Below are positions 18,357 through 27,743 of a DNA stretch of 64,000 nucleotides, one piece after another. The first letter of the stretch is position 1, and each line of letters starts with the position of its first letter. This DNA is from an uncultured Gammaproteobacteria bacterium. GTDB taxonomy: Bacteria > Patescibacteriota > Patescibacteriia > Patescibacteriales > GWE2-39-37. The stretch is from the NCBI GenBank assembly GCA_964443495.1, contig CAYUCS010000003.1, positions 132,031-196,030 of the forward strand. Reading direction: 5' to 3'. The notes beneath the pieces are model-generated. The model made no database searches and had not been told where the DNA came from. It was given only the letters and a program-made list of their open reading frames with translations. The translations under genes and the position numbers were made by a program.

Positions 18357-19508
18357 TTAATCTAGGGACACTTGTTCAGTCTTGGTTTTGGTGCGATAGA
18401 GCAGCGCCATATCGTCACCCAGGATCAGACGGTTGTAAAGAGCGGAACGGCTGTTCTTGCGCCATTGACTCCACTGGGCATTCTTGATCCAGTGGGCAAT
18501 GCGGGCATTGCCGTGCGAGTCGAGGCCGTAACGCATGAAGGCGGCCTCATCAGCCCGTGCCGTGAATTGTACGGCTGGCTTCCAGGTGTAGGTAAGCAGC
18601 TTTTGGCGGCGATAGGCTTTGAGCATGCCTTCGACCGTCAGCGGAACGGATTCGTAGCTGCCGGAAAATTCCGGCATGGCGAGCAGCATTTCCATGGTTT
18701 CCACTTCGATGGCCTTGGTTTGCCCTTCGAAGATGGCTGGTTTGTACTCGAGCTTTTCGCCAGCGGGCAACTCGATACCGGCAGCCGCTAGCCGCTTCAT
18801 CTCCTGGCGGTAGAAACCGGCCTCGTCGTCGATACGGGCAAGCAGCATCTTCTTGAGAAGGTAGGGAGCTCCGAAGATGCTCTGCCAGCGGTTAGGATGG
18901 ACGTAGTGCTGGAAGCGCACGCTGTTGCCTGTCCAGAGCTTCTTTTCCTTGAGGAAGGCATTTTCCTCGGCATTCGGATCCCAGACGATCCGGTCCCAGC
19001 CGTCGTACCAATGGCCGTCGCAATCCACGATCATGTAGTTGCGGAAGGCGCCGATGTTTTCCTGTCCGGATTCGGCATCCTTGGCCACGATGGTCTTGTC
19101 ATGGATCTTCACCGAAAAGGAGAAGACGTCCTTGTTGGAGACCAGGCTGGTAATCGGCCCGAATTGGTTGGTGCCGATCTTGCGTTCGCCTTGCCGCTTG
19201 ACGATCTGGCGACGGTTGCGGTAGCGGGGAATCTCGATGACCGCATGGCGCGCGGCGATCGGCGTCAGGAACGACAGGAGATCCAGGTCGGTGCACTGGA
19301 AGTCGCCGTTCTCGTCGAGTGCCGGGCTGGGGTTGCGTCCGGCATAGCTCATCGTTCCCTGGTTGATGACCGCTGCGATCTGTTTTTCGTCGAGCGGACT
19401 GTTCCTGTCCATGAAGTCTTGCGCGTATTCGTTCTTGAGCGTCGCGACTCCGGTTACTGTTTTGGCGATGCTGATTTCCGGCAGGCCCTTCATCTCGAGT
19501 GCGTTCAT
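18357..19508 (-). CDS. Conserved-looking hypothetical protein, 383 aa, no recognised domain
   Basis: GAGGAGG RBS 5 nt before the ATG, its own strong terminator, and core-like high GC. No P-loop, Cys cluster, signal peptide or TM segment seen. Confidence 0.7.
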   Translation of the reverse strand: MNALEMKGLPEISIAKTVTGVATLKNEYAQDFMDRNSPLDEKQIAAVINQGTMSYAGRNPSPALDENGDFQCTDLDLLSFLTPIAARHAVIEIPRYRNRRQIVKRQGERKIGTNQFGPITSLVSNKDVFSFSVKIHDKTIVAKDAESGQENIGAFRNYMIVDCDGHWYDGWDRIVWDPNAEENAFLKEKKLWTGNSVRFQHYVHPNRWQSIFGAPYLLKKMLLARIDDEAGFYRQEMKRLAAAGIELPAGEKLEYKPAIFEGQTKAIEVETMEMLLAMPEFSGSYESVPLTVEGMLKAYRRQKLLTYTWKPAVQFTARADEAAFMRYGLDSHGNARIAHWIKNAQWSQWRKNSRSALYNRLILGDDMALLYRTKTKTEQVSLD

Positions 19509-19672
19509 GTCTTCCTCCTCTTTCTGCTCTTCTGTTGTGATGAACTCCTATGATTCGAGTATATGCCTGCTGCAAATAATGTGAGTAAAAATTATGACAA
19601 AAATAAAACTAGCTCATTTTTTGAGCTAGTTTTAAATATTTTTTTGTCGTACTATTTCAACAAAATTGTTAG

Positions 19673-20449
19673 TTATCTGAGCAGGTGGTCATATTTTCCA
19701 GCGTTTTCCCACAGGATATCGAAGACCGTCCGCATCAGCTGGTTTATAACTGAGCTTTCGATGACGACGGCATGGTTTTGTTTTTCGAAGGAATAGAGCA
19801 CTACCTTATTATTGTAGATATCGAAGCCGCTGTAGTTTATTTCATAAGCCTCGGGCAGGGCGCGGACTTTGAGCAGCTGGTTGATCTTTGCGTCTGAACG
19901 CAGGAGTTTCTTGATCGAGGCGATTCCGGCAGGTGAAGCTTTGAGGATCAGGCGGACTTTGATATTCTGGCCCGCCCTTTTCTTGACATAGGCGTCGGTC
20001 CAGCCTGGTATGGTTCGGATGAAATTCTCGCCATCGCCCAGGATCGACACTTCTTTGGCTTCGCGCAGGATATTGCCCAGCACGGTCTTGAACCCTTCCT
20101 TTCCCTCGAAGAAGCTGACATCAGGACGTCCGCGGCTGATTTCGAAAAGCGATTTGAGATCGGGCAATATTGCGGAAACGCTTTCTCTCTTCTCATCAAG
20201 GAGGTCATAAAGCTTTTCCGGTCGGACAGCCTTGAAGACGGTCTTCATTTTTTTCTTGTTTCGGCTCACCAAGCCAATTTCCTTGAGCCGTTCCAGTATC
20301 GGGTAACTCGAAGTCCGATTGAGGTCGGCATGCCGGGCGATGCGGTCAACCGTCGCTTCTTCAAGCGCTAGGACAGAACAGTAAATCCGGGCCTCATTTT
20401 CCGTCAGTCCGTAGCGAACTAAATTATTGATTATGCTCCCTTGCGTCAT
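19673..20449 (-). CDS. TrmB-family transcriptional regulator
   Basis: LTENEARIYCSVLALEEATVDRIARHADLNRTSSYPILERLKEIGLV (wHTH) plus a C-terminal TrmB-type domain. Divergent from the decarboxylase gene. Confidence 0.8.
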   Translation of the reverse strand: MTQGSIINNLVRYGLTENEARIYCSVLALEEATVDRIARHADLNRTSSYPILERLKEIGLVSRNKKKMKTVFKAVRPEKLYDLLDEKRESVSAILPDLKSLFEISRGRPDVSFFEGKEGFKTVLGNILREAKEVSILGDGENFIRTIPGWTDAYVKKRAGQNIKVRLILKASPAGIASIKKLLRSDAKINQLLKVRALPEAYEINYSGFDIYNNKVVLYSFEKQNHAVVIESSVINQLMRTVFDILWENAGKYDHLLR

Positions 20450-20506
20450 ATATTTATTTATACCATTTAAGCCAATTTTGCGTAACTGTCCAGCGGGAAT
20501 ATCCGA

Positions 20507-20535
20507 TTGACAATCAGGCGGATAAAGTGTTAAAT
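20507..20535 (+). promoter_or_regulatory. Sigma70-like promoter of the decarboxylase gene
   Basis: TTGACA (20507-20512), 17 nt, TTAAAT (20530-20535). Confidence 0.55.
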
Positions 20536-20541
20536 TAGCCT

Positions 20542-20659
20542 ATTATTCGCAATCAAGGCGAACGCCCTTTTATAGCCAACAATAGGAAAGAGAGGTGATA
20601 ACGCAAGGTGTGCCTGAATAGGAGAAGCGCCAAAATCAACCAGGAGAAAGGGAGGGGAC
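20542..20659 (+). promoter_or_regulatory. About 118-nt structured 5' leader (candidate cis-regulatory RNA, class unknown)
   Basis: CCTATT...AATAGG closing stem with an inner TTCGC-AATCAAG-GCGAA hairpin, then a purine-rich tract ending in GGGAGGGG just before the ATG. Confidence 0.3.
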
Positions 20660-22009
20660 ATGTTAAGCGAGGAAACCAAGGAAAGACTTTTTCCAGTAAT
20701 CGCGGAATCAATGAAGATGGCGGCCGGCAAGGGGCTGACCGCTTCGTCGCTGTCGATGATGCCGGACTCGCAGCTAAGCCAGGGCGTGCATCTGATTGAC
20801 CAGCAAACGCTGATTGATCGCTCGGTGGCGATGAAGCTGCACATCTGGGCCGATGGCCGCGGGACAAACCTGTTTGCCGTCAAAGGGCAACCGAACCACT
20901 GGGTTTTGAAAACCCTGCTCGACGTCGGTTTCGGCCTGGACTGCAGCTCGCCCACAGAAATTTGGGACGCTGCAGCCGTTCATGCTGATGTGTCGGGGGC
21001 TCCGATCATGTATACGGCGAATGCTACGCCCTGGAACCACCTGGAATATGCTCGCCGGCACGGAGCAGTTCTTAATCTCGATGATGACATCTACCTCGAC
21101 CATTTGCAGGATGTTCCGGAAATCATTTCCTTCAGGGTTAATCTTGCAAAGGCGCGCAAGGATGGCGGCCAGAGCAAAATCATCGGCAAAGCGTCGAAGC
21201 AGAAGTACGGCGTACCGGTCGATCGCCTGATCGAGGCCTATCGTAAAGCCAAGAATCTCGGCGTTAAGGAGTTTGGCTTGCATACCATGTATGCCAGTAA
21301 TTGCCGTGACTGGACGGTCCATGCCAAAACGCTGGAAATCCTGCTCGGACTGAGCGTGCAGCTGGAAGCTGTGCTGGGCATACGCCTTAAGTTCATCAAC
21401 GCGGGCGGCGGCATCGGGGTAGATTACAAGTGTCCGGATGACCCGTCGATCAGTTATGGTGATGGCGACAGGCCGTTTGATCTCGAACGCTATGGCGCTG
21501 ATGTCAATCTGCAGCTGATGGAGTATGAGAGGGTTTATGGCTGGCGTCCGCTGCTATATCTGGAATGCGCTCGTTACGTAGCAGCGCCTGCTGGAATCTG
21601 GGTTGCCCCGATCGTGGCTGTGACGAAAAAGTACCGCCGCTTCGCCTGCATGGCAGCTTGTGATGGCGCTGACCTGCTACGAGCAGGGATTTATCCCGCC
21701 CATCACCATGTAATCCTGCTTGATCACAACTTCAAGGAAGTCACCAGCCGCAAGTTGGTCAGACAGTCCATCGTTGGTCCGCTTTGCGAGAATATCCACG
21801 CAGCTTCACAGAGGCTCCTGCCGGAGATCCTGCCTGGAGACCACATCGTTTTCTGTGACACCGGCTGTCATGGGATAGAAATGGGCATGAACTACAACGG
21901 CTGGACCAAGTCCGGCCAGGTCATGCGTTTGACAGACGGCAGTCTGCAGCTGATCAGCAGACCGCAGACTGTGGCTGATATCCGTTCCTTGCAGGTGCCG
22001 CTACCGTAG
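20660..22009 (+). CDS. PLP-dependent decarboxylase, Orn/DAP/Arg decarboxylase family (LysA-like, divergent)
   Basis: FAVKGQPN (PLP Lys), GLDCSSPTEI, GLHTMYASN, GGGIGVDY and GPLCEN align to the LysA/ODC fold-type III motifs. The usual CESGD is replaced by CENIH. Confidence 0.8.
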   Translation: MLSEETKERLFPVIAESMKMAAGKGLTASSLSMMPDSQLSQGVHLIDQQTLIDRSVAMKLHIWADGRGTNLFAVKGQPNHWVLKTLLDVGFGLDCSSPTEIWDAAAVHADVSGAPIMYTANATPWNHLEYARRHGAVLNLDDDIYLDHLQDVPEIISFRVNLAKARKDGGQSKIIGKASKQKYGVPVDRLIEAYRKAKNLGVKEFGLHTMYASNCRDWTVHAKTLEILLGLSVQLEAVLGIRLKFINAGGGIGVDYKCPDDPSISYGDGDRPFDLERYGADVNLQLMEYERVYGWRPLLYLECARYVAAPAGIWVAPIVAVTKKYRRFACMAACDGADLLRAGIYPAHHHVILLDHNFKEVTSRKLVRQSIVGPLCENIHAASQRLLPEILPGDHIVFCDTGCHGIEMGMNYNGWTKSGQVMRLTDGSLQLISRPQTVADIRSLQVPLP

Positions 22010-22028
22010 CGATGCCAGCAGCAAGCAA

Positions 22029-22063
22029 ATGCCCGGAGAGCAATCTCCGGGCATCTTTTATTT
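22029..22063 (+). terminator. Rho-independent terminator
   Basis: ATGCCCGGAGA-GCAA-TCTCCGGGCAT followed by CTTTTATTT. Confidence 0.8.
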
Positions 22064-22075
22064 CCACATTCGGTT

Positions 22076-23218
22076 TTATTGTTTGTTTGCAAATAAAACT
22101 GCGTCGGCAAGCAGCTCTTTTCCGATCTTAGTATATTCTTTTTGTATAAGTTCCAGGTCTTGGCTGTTTATCGATTTGAAAATCATTTTTTTCTCCTCTG
22201 TTGGAATTATGCCGGCGCCGATTGTTTTTGATAATTTTATGCCTTTTCTTTCAAGGATATGGGTGAGCAGCTTATCCATTAGCGACGTGGCAGCGGAATA
22301 GCCGTGATACTTGGCCGCGTTGAGTGAGTTGAAAATAAGTGCATGGGCCTCGGTCTTATCGACATTGAGGCTCATGACGTCAGAAATGAATTCGGTAGCT
22401 TGCCATCTGCCGTCAAAATGGACTGTGCCAAATTTGCCTCCCGTTGTAGTGTAGTGTTCTTTCAGTCTCAATTCGTAGTTAGCCATAACGTATTCGACCA
22501 TTTCATTAGCAAGCGTGCCTTCGTAGAGGTTCTTGGCTGTCAGACCTGCCCAAGTTTCGTTTTCTGGAATAAAGTTTTTAAGCTGTTTGTAGTCATTCTC
22601 GATGGCCTTGGTATTGATTATGACTTTATGGCCATTGCCTTGGCCCAGGCTTAGCATCTTTTCGTGGCTTACAAAGATTACTTCCTTGGCCTGGTCAAGC
22701 AGATGTTTGGAAAAGAACCGGTCAAGCGGCTTAACTTGGTCGAGCCGTAGTTTTTCGATGCGTTCGATACGTATGAATACGTCGCCGCCAGCGAGATTAC
22801 GCGCTTCATTAAAGAGGTAGCCATGGTCTTTGAAGAAGTTGAAAAAGTCAGCTTCCTCGCCCGATCTCTCTTCTAATTCGTGGTAAATAAGCGGGCTTAT
22901 CTCCTTCGCGCGCTCGTAAACCATTCTCGAGCTTACGCTGTCGTCGCATTCGCCAATGTTTTGTACTGCCCAGTCTTCGCGGGTCGGGTTTTCTTGGTTT
23001 ATTTGGGAGGCGAAGCGGTCAACTTCTTCGTCTAATTTTTTCTTGTCTAAATTTTCGGCTTTAGGGCGACCACCGGCTTCGGCTAGACCCGGGAAAGCAG
23101 CAACAGCCAAAGCCGCTCCGGCGATCTTCAAAAAATCTCTTCGGGAAAGAGGTTTGTTTGGTGAATTGTCTTTGTCTGGTTGTTCAGGAGCGGCTTCCGG
23201 GCTTTTGGGCTTGAACAT
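22076..23218 (-). CDS. Hypothetical secreted protein with canonical Tat signal
   Basis: SRRDFLKIAGAALAVAAFPGLAEA matches S/T-R-R-x-F-L-K plus an AxA cleavage site. The remaining 330 aa are unrecognised. Confidence 0.6.
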   Translation of the reverse strand: MFKPKSPEAAPEQPDKDNSPNKPLSRRDFLKIAGAALAVAAFPGLAEAGGRPKAENLDKKKLDEEVDRFASQINQENPTREDWAVQNIGECDDSVSSRMVYERAKEISPLIYHELEERSGEEADFFNFFKDHGYLFNEARNLAGGDVFIRIERIEKLRLDQVKPLDRFFSKHLLDQAKEVIFVSHEKMLSLGQGNGHKVIINTKAIENDYKQLKNFIPENETWAGLTAKNLYEGTLANEMVEYVMANYELRLKEHYTTTGGKFGTVHFDGRWQATEFISDVMSLNVDKTEAHALIFNSLNAAKYHGYSAATSLMDKLLTHILERKGIKLSKTIGAGIIPTEEKKMIFKSINSQDLELIQKEYTKIGKELLADAVLFANKQ

Positions 23219-23302
23219 AATAGGTAATTTGAATAATAAAGCGAGCTAACTTAAGTATAGGCAAGTGAGGCCCTTTTCGCAAACAGTCCGTCGGCCGACT
23301 TC

Positions 23303-23333
23303 TTGACTTTAACGTTAGGTGATGGTTTATACT
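23303..23333 (+). promoter_or_regulatory. MerR-type promoter with 19-nt spacer
   Basis: TTGACT (23303-23308), 19-nt spacer containing the palindrome TAACGTTA, TATACT (23328-23333). It directly precedes the MerR-family gene. Confidence 0.55.
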
Positions 23334-23349
23334 GAAGAAAACCAAGAAT

Positions 23350-24114
23350 ATGACTTATCACATCAAGCAGCTGGCGGAATTGGCCGGCGTCAGCGTCCGG
23401 ACTTTGCACCATTATGACGCGATCGGACTGCTGAAGCCGATGCGAGACTTAAAAAACTCGTATCGCAAGTACGGCGAAAGAGAACTGCTGCGCCTTCAGC
23501 AGATCCTCTTTCTGCGCGAATTGGAATTTCCCTTGCCGGAGATAAAAAAAATCATGGATTCGCCAGGGTTTGATCCTGCTAAAGCCCTGGCCGACCAGAA
23601 GGCGTTGATCCAGCTAAAGAGAAAACGCCTGGACAAGCTGATAAGGACTATCGACGAGACGATTAAGAAATTAAATAATGAAAAAAATATGGACGATAAA
23701 GAACTGTATTCCGCTTTTTCCAAAGAGGAGGGCGAAAAATATGCAGCGGAAGCGAAGGAGCGCTGGGGCCACACCGAGGCATATCGGCAATCCATGGAGC
23801 GCGTGAAAAAAATGACCAAAGAGGATTGGGCGAGAATTTCCAAAGAGAGCGACGACCTGATGCGCGAACTTGTGGAAAGCATGCCTGACGGCATCGGCTC
23901 GGACAAAGTCCAATCGCTGATAGGCCGCCACTATGCGAGCTTGAGAAATTTTTATGAGCCGAACTTGGAGATGTATCGCGGCTTGGGTGAGATGTACGTA
24001 GCCGACCAGCGGTTTGCGGCGTATTACGAAAAATATGCGCCTGGCCTGGCTATTTTTATGCGCGAGGCCATCGCAAGATATTGCGATGGCCTGGAGAGGT
24101 CTGGCAAAAAATAG
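23350..24114 (+). CDS. MerR-family regulator, TipAL-like (HTH plus TipAS-type C-terminal domain)
   Basis: YHIKQLAELAGVSVRTLHHYDAIGLLKP MerR HTH, a coiled-coil linker, and a C-terminal segment resembling TipAS antibiotic-recognition domains. Confidence 0.8.
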   Translation: MTYHIKQLAELAGVSVRTLHHYDAIGLLKPMRDLKNSYRKYGERELLRLQQILFLRELEFPLPEIKKIMDSPGFDPAKALADQKALIQLKRKRLDKLIRTIDETIKKLNNEKNMDDKELYSAFSKEEGEKYAAEAKERWGHTEAYRQSMERVKKMTKEDWARISKESDDLMRELVESMPDGIGSDKVQSLIGRHYASLRNFYEPNLEMYRGLGEMYVADQRFAAYYEKYAPGLAIFMREAIARYCDGLERSGKK

Positions 24115-24171
24115 CGGTCGCCGCCACGCCTTAATGCTCGCTTAATCAGGAAGAACGACAATTTCATAATA

Positions 24172-24579
24172 ATGATTCACAAATATATGAAAGTCGGCAT
24201 TACAGGCGCGGTCTCCATAGTGGTACTGGTTTTGCTCGTTTTGGGAGGAACCTACCTTTACTATGGCGACAACGGGCAGACGACTCCGCCTCCGACAGCC
24301 ACCAGCACTGGTGGGTTATCGGAAGGCAAATCTTTTACTTTGGCTGAAGTGGCCCAGCATCCGACTGAGGATAATTGCTGGTTTGCCATCGAGGGCAAAG
24401 TTTATGACGTGACCAAATTCATCGAAGGTGGCAAGCATCCCGGCGGTGCGGCGATTATCCAAGGCTGCGGCCAAGACGCCACGGAGCTTTTTAACACCAG
24501 GCCGATGGGATCAAGAACCCCGCACTCGGACAGGGCGAGGAGCTTTTTACCGCAATTTTATATCGGAGAGCTTAAGTAA
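24172..24579 (+). CDS. Membrane-anchored cytochrome b5-like heme-binding protein
   Basis: N-terminal TM segment. Cyt-b5 core FTLAEVAQHP..CWFAIEGKVYDVTKFIEGGKHPGG with the HPGG heme-ligand motif. Confidence 0.8.
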   Translation: MIHKYMKVGITGAVSIVVLVLLVLGGTYLYYGDNGQTTPPPTATSTGGLSEGKSFTLAEVAQHPTEDNCWFAIEGKVYDVTKFIEGGKHPGGAAIIQGCGQDATELFNTRPMGSRTPHSDRARSFLPQFYIGELK

Positions 24580-24617
24580 TTCGAAGAATGTCGCAGCGCT
24601 ATTTTAATGCGGCGTTT

Positions 24618-25961
24618 TTAGGATATTTTTTTCAGCACAGCCTTGAGGTAAGCCAAGGTGAAGATGGCAGCGGACGCGTTGACGGCCATGATTCCCCACC
24701 AAACTCCGTAGAGTCGCCAGTCAAGAACGATGGCCAGAAACCAGAAGACGAGCAAGGGTGCGGCGATTTGACGGTAGAGGCCGATCCATATAGCATAAAG
24801 CGGCTTTTTAAGCCCCTGTAGGGCGGAGGTGGAAACGTAGAGTATCGTGTAGGCGAAATAAACGAAGGCTGAAATACGCAGATAGCTCGTGCCGATGCGG
24901 ACCACTTCCTGGTCGCGCGTAAACAAACCCATTATCTGAGGGGAAAGCGCGAGCACGATCAATACGCCGACGGCAGTAACGTAAAAGCCGTAAAGCAGGC
25001 ACAGCCTGATAGTTTCTTTGACCCGCACAAATAGCCTGGCGCCGTTATTCTGTCCGACCAGGGTCAACGCCGCGATATTCAGCCCGACAATCGGGAGCGT
25101 GGCAAGCTGGTCGATGCGGGCGGCGATGCCGTAGGCAGCTACGCCGGCTTGGCCGTAGCGGCTGATAAAGTAAGTGATGACAAAGACGCCGATAGCTACT
25201 GTCAGCATGTTCATGCTGGCGGGAATGGCCTGGCGGGCGATGTCACGATAATAAAGCCAGCGCGGGGCCAGCATCTCTCGGCATTCTCGGCACCAGATAT
25301 CGGTGCGCCCCACCTTGACCAGCAGGAAGGCTGTCGTAAGGAATTGTATGGCTATAGTCGCCCAAGCGACGCCGGCCAAACCCATGGCTGGCAGGCCGTA
25401 GCCGCCACGGATGAACCAAGGGTCGAGGATGATGTTGAGAAAAAATCCGGCAATCAGCAAATTGCGGTAAGTCTTGGTATCTCCTTGCGATGCCAGGATG
25501 CCGCTCAGGACAAAACTTAGCAGGAATAAGGTGGAGCCGTAAAAGATGACGTTGCTGTAGCTTAAGGACATGGCCAAGTAGTCATCGCTGGCGCCGAGCA
25601 TGCGGAAGAGTAGCGGAGAGGCGGCTAGCCCCAGCCAGGATAAAAGCAGCGAAGCGAAAAGACTGAAGCTTGTCGCCTGCACCGAATAGTATCGTGCCGA
25701 TTTGGTATCATCGGCGCCGAGAGAGTTGGCGACAAGCGCGGTGGCAGCAGTCGAGATGCCGGCTCCAAGGGCGATAATGATGAAGAAAACCGGAAAGGAA
25801 AGCGACAGCGCCGCGATCGCGTCGGTAGATACCATGCCGGCGAAATAGGTATCGACTATATTGAAAAGCGTGTTGAACAAGAAGCCGATACTGCCGGGAA
25901 TCGCGATCCTTCTTATCAGCTGCGAAATCGGAGCCGTGGTCAAGCTGTTGCCATTTTTCAT
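24618..25961 (-). CDS. MATE-family efflux transporter
   Basis: 12-TM protein. N-terminal PISQLIRRIAIPGSIGFLFNTLFNIVDTYFAG is typical of MatE/NorM. Confidence 0.9.
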   Translation of the reverse strand: MKNGNSLTTAPISQLIRRIAIPGSIGFLFNTLFNIVDTYFAGMVSTDAIAALSLSFPVFFIIIALGAGISTAATALVANSLGADDTKSARYYSVQATSFSLFASLLLSWLGLAASPLLFRMLGASDDYLAMSLSYSNVIFYGSTLFLLSFVLSGILASQGDTKTYRNLLIAGFFLNIILDPWFIRGGYGLPAMGLAGVAWATIAIQFLTTAFLLVKVGRTDIWCRECREMLAPRWLYYRDIARQAIPASMNMLTVAIGVFVITYFISRYGQAGVAAYGIAARIDQLATLPIVGLNIAALTLVGQNNGARLFVRVKETIRLCLLYGFYVTAVGVLIVLALSPQIMGLFTRDQEVVRIGTSYLRISAFVYFAYTILYVSTSALQGLKKPLYAIWIGLYRQIAAPLLVFWFLAIVLDWRLYGVWWGIMAVNASAAIFTLAYLKAVLKKIS

Positions 25962-26067
25962 ATGTTTGCCATATTTTTTACACTAACATCTTTCGGATAA
26001 AAATAAAATCGCCAGCCATTGTTAAATATTTTCAAAGTATTAGTATTAAACCAAGGAGATAAAGCTT

Positions 26068-26742
26068 ATGAGAAGAATCAAGGTAATGAAGGACGGGCCT
26101 TATGAGGTTTTCGGGCATATTCCATTAGCCAAGGAGGTGGCCGAGGGCGAGTATAATGGCGGGCCTGAGCGATGGCGAGCGGATAGGGAATTTCCCGTCG
26201 GTGAATGGTACAGGCTCTGCCGCTGCGGCAAGTCAAGCAACATGCCGTTTTGCGACGGCTCGCATTTGCGCGGTTTCGATGGCACTGAAACGGCCGGCTA
26301 TGAAAAATTCACGGAAAAAGCAAAGAAAATCGAGGGCCCGGAGCTTGATATGCTTGATTGGTACGACTTGTGCTCTCTGGCTCGGTTCTGCCATCTCGGC
26401 AATAACACTTGGAACGATGTGGCGAATTCTGATCAGCCCAAATCCAAACAAGACGCGATTTACTCCGCATGCAACTGCCCTTCAGGCCGGTTAGTGGCCT
26501 TGGACAAGGAAACGGGCCAGCCGATCGAGCTGGAATTCGAGCCTTCGATCAGCTTGACCGAAGATCCGATAAAAAACATCAGCGGGCCGTTGTGGGTCAA
26601 GGGCGGCATCGAGATCGAATCAGCCGAAGGCAAAGCCTACGAAATCCGTAATCGGGTGACGCTTTGCCGTTGCGGCAAGTCGGAGAACAAGCCGTTATGC
26701 GACGGCACGCACGTTAATTGCAAGTTCAAAGACAATCTTTGA
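26068..26742 (+). CDS. CDGSH iron-sulfur domain protein (two CDGSH motifs)
   Basis: CRCGKSSNMPFCDGSH and CRCGKSENKPLCDGTH. AAGGAG RBS 8 nt upstream. Confidence 0.9.
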   Translation: MRRIKVMKDGPYEVFGHIPLAKEVAEGEYNGGPERWRADREFPVGEWYRLCRCGKSSNMPFCDGSHLRGFDGTETAGYEKFTEKAKKIEGPELDMLDWYDLCSLARFCHLGNNTWNDVANSDQPKSKQDAIYSACNCPSGRLVALDKETGQPIELEFEPSISLTEDPIKNISGPLWVKGGIEIESAEGKAYEIRNRVTLCRCGKSENKPLCDGTHVNCKFKDNL

Positions 26743-26957
26743 TATAAGAAAATCCTCGGAAGCGAGGATTTGATATCGGATTCTGCCGTGGGCCTGATGA
26801 ATCCGCTCGGATAAGAAGTCGCCATACTTGGTGTATGGCGTGAGGGGAATATATTTATCTCCACTCAATTAAACTTCTGTATAATTTCCTGTCGATAAAC
26901 AATCTCCTCTGATACTACTTATACATGCCGACATTAAGATTTGATTAACTGTTCGGG

Positions 26958-27674
26958 TCAGATCAGCAAGGGGGTTTTTGATCGGTATTGCGCGTATTCA
27001 TCACCGAAGGAGGTTAGGGCATCTTTTTCCTCGCTTCGCGCAGCCCTTAGGTATTTATAGATCAGTATCGGGCTGAAGGCCACGGTTATGATGGTCGGCC
27101 AGCCGAAAAACCACCCCAAGATCAACAAGATGAAGCCGAGATATTGCGGATGCCGTGAGATAGCATAGGGGCCCGTCTTGGCGAAAGAACCGTTTTTGGA
27201 TTGGCGGTAAAGCGACCACCAGCCCCAGGAGATCAAAAAGATGCCCAGGGCCATTAGGACTGACCCGTAGGCCATCGCATGGTCCATGCCCATGCCGACT
27301 CCGAAAAATTCGAATTCGATAACATTGTCCGGCAAACGGATACCTGAAGTGAAGAAGTATTTCGAGGCGAATAATATGGTCAGAGGAATCCCGTACATCT
27401 CGATGAAGAGCGAAATGAAGAAGGCCGTCGCCAGGCCGTAGTCGATCCATTTGGCGCGGCGGCGGTAGTTCAGCGGGATTAGGAAAAGCAGGAAGAAGCC
27501 GATTGACAGGAGGGCGACTCCCCATTGTGACGTAATGACGTTAGATATTATCGTTCCCGTCAGGTATGCGTAAAAATGCTCGTAGAACGGCTGCCAGTAA
27601 ACAATCGGCACGAGTGCCAGGACTGCGAGAAGGGCGCGTAACAGCCACCTGGTGATAGCGATATTTTCATTCAT
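26958..27674 (-). CDS. Isoprenylcysteine carboxyl methyltransferase (ICMT)/PEMT-family membrane methyltransferase
   Basis: Polytopic protein. C-terminal GPYAISRHPQYLGFILLILGW and EEKDALTSFGDEYAQY match the ICMT-family core. Confidence 0.75.
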   Translation of the reverse strand: MNENIAITRWLLRALLAVLALVPIVYWQPFYEHFYAYLTGTIISNVITSQWGVALLSIGFFLLFLIPLNYRRRAKWIDYGLATAFFISLFIEMYGIPLTILFASKYFFTSGIRLPDNVIEFEFFGVGMGMDHAMAYGSVLMALGIFLISWGWWSLYRQSKNGSFAKTGPYAISRHPQYLGFILLILGWFFGWPTIITVAFSPILIYKYLRAARSEEKDALTSFGDEYAQYRSKTPLLI

Positions 27675-27743
27675 GAAATAAGTATATCAGGTTTCACGCA
27701 AAAGAAAATCGGAAAGAGCCGGTCGCCGGCGGCCGAAGCGAAC

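Noticed and set aside
20542-20659. Assigning the decarboxylase leader to a known riboswitch class (lysine, glycine, guanidine and others)
   Set aside because: I could not find the conserved cores of those classes by eye. It is kept only as an unclassified candidate leader.
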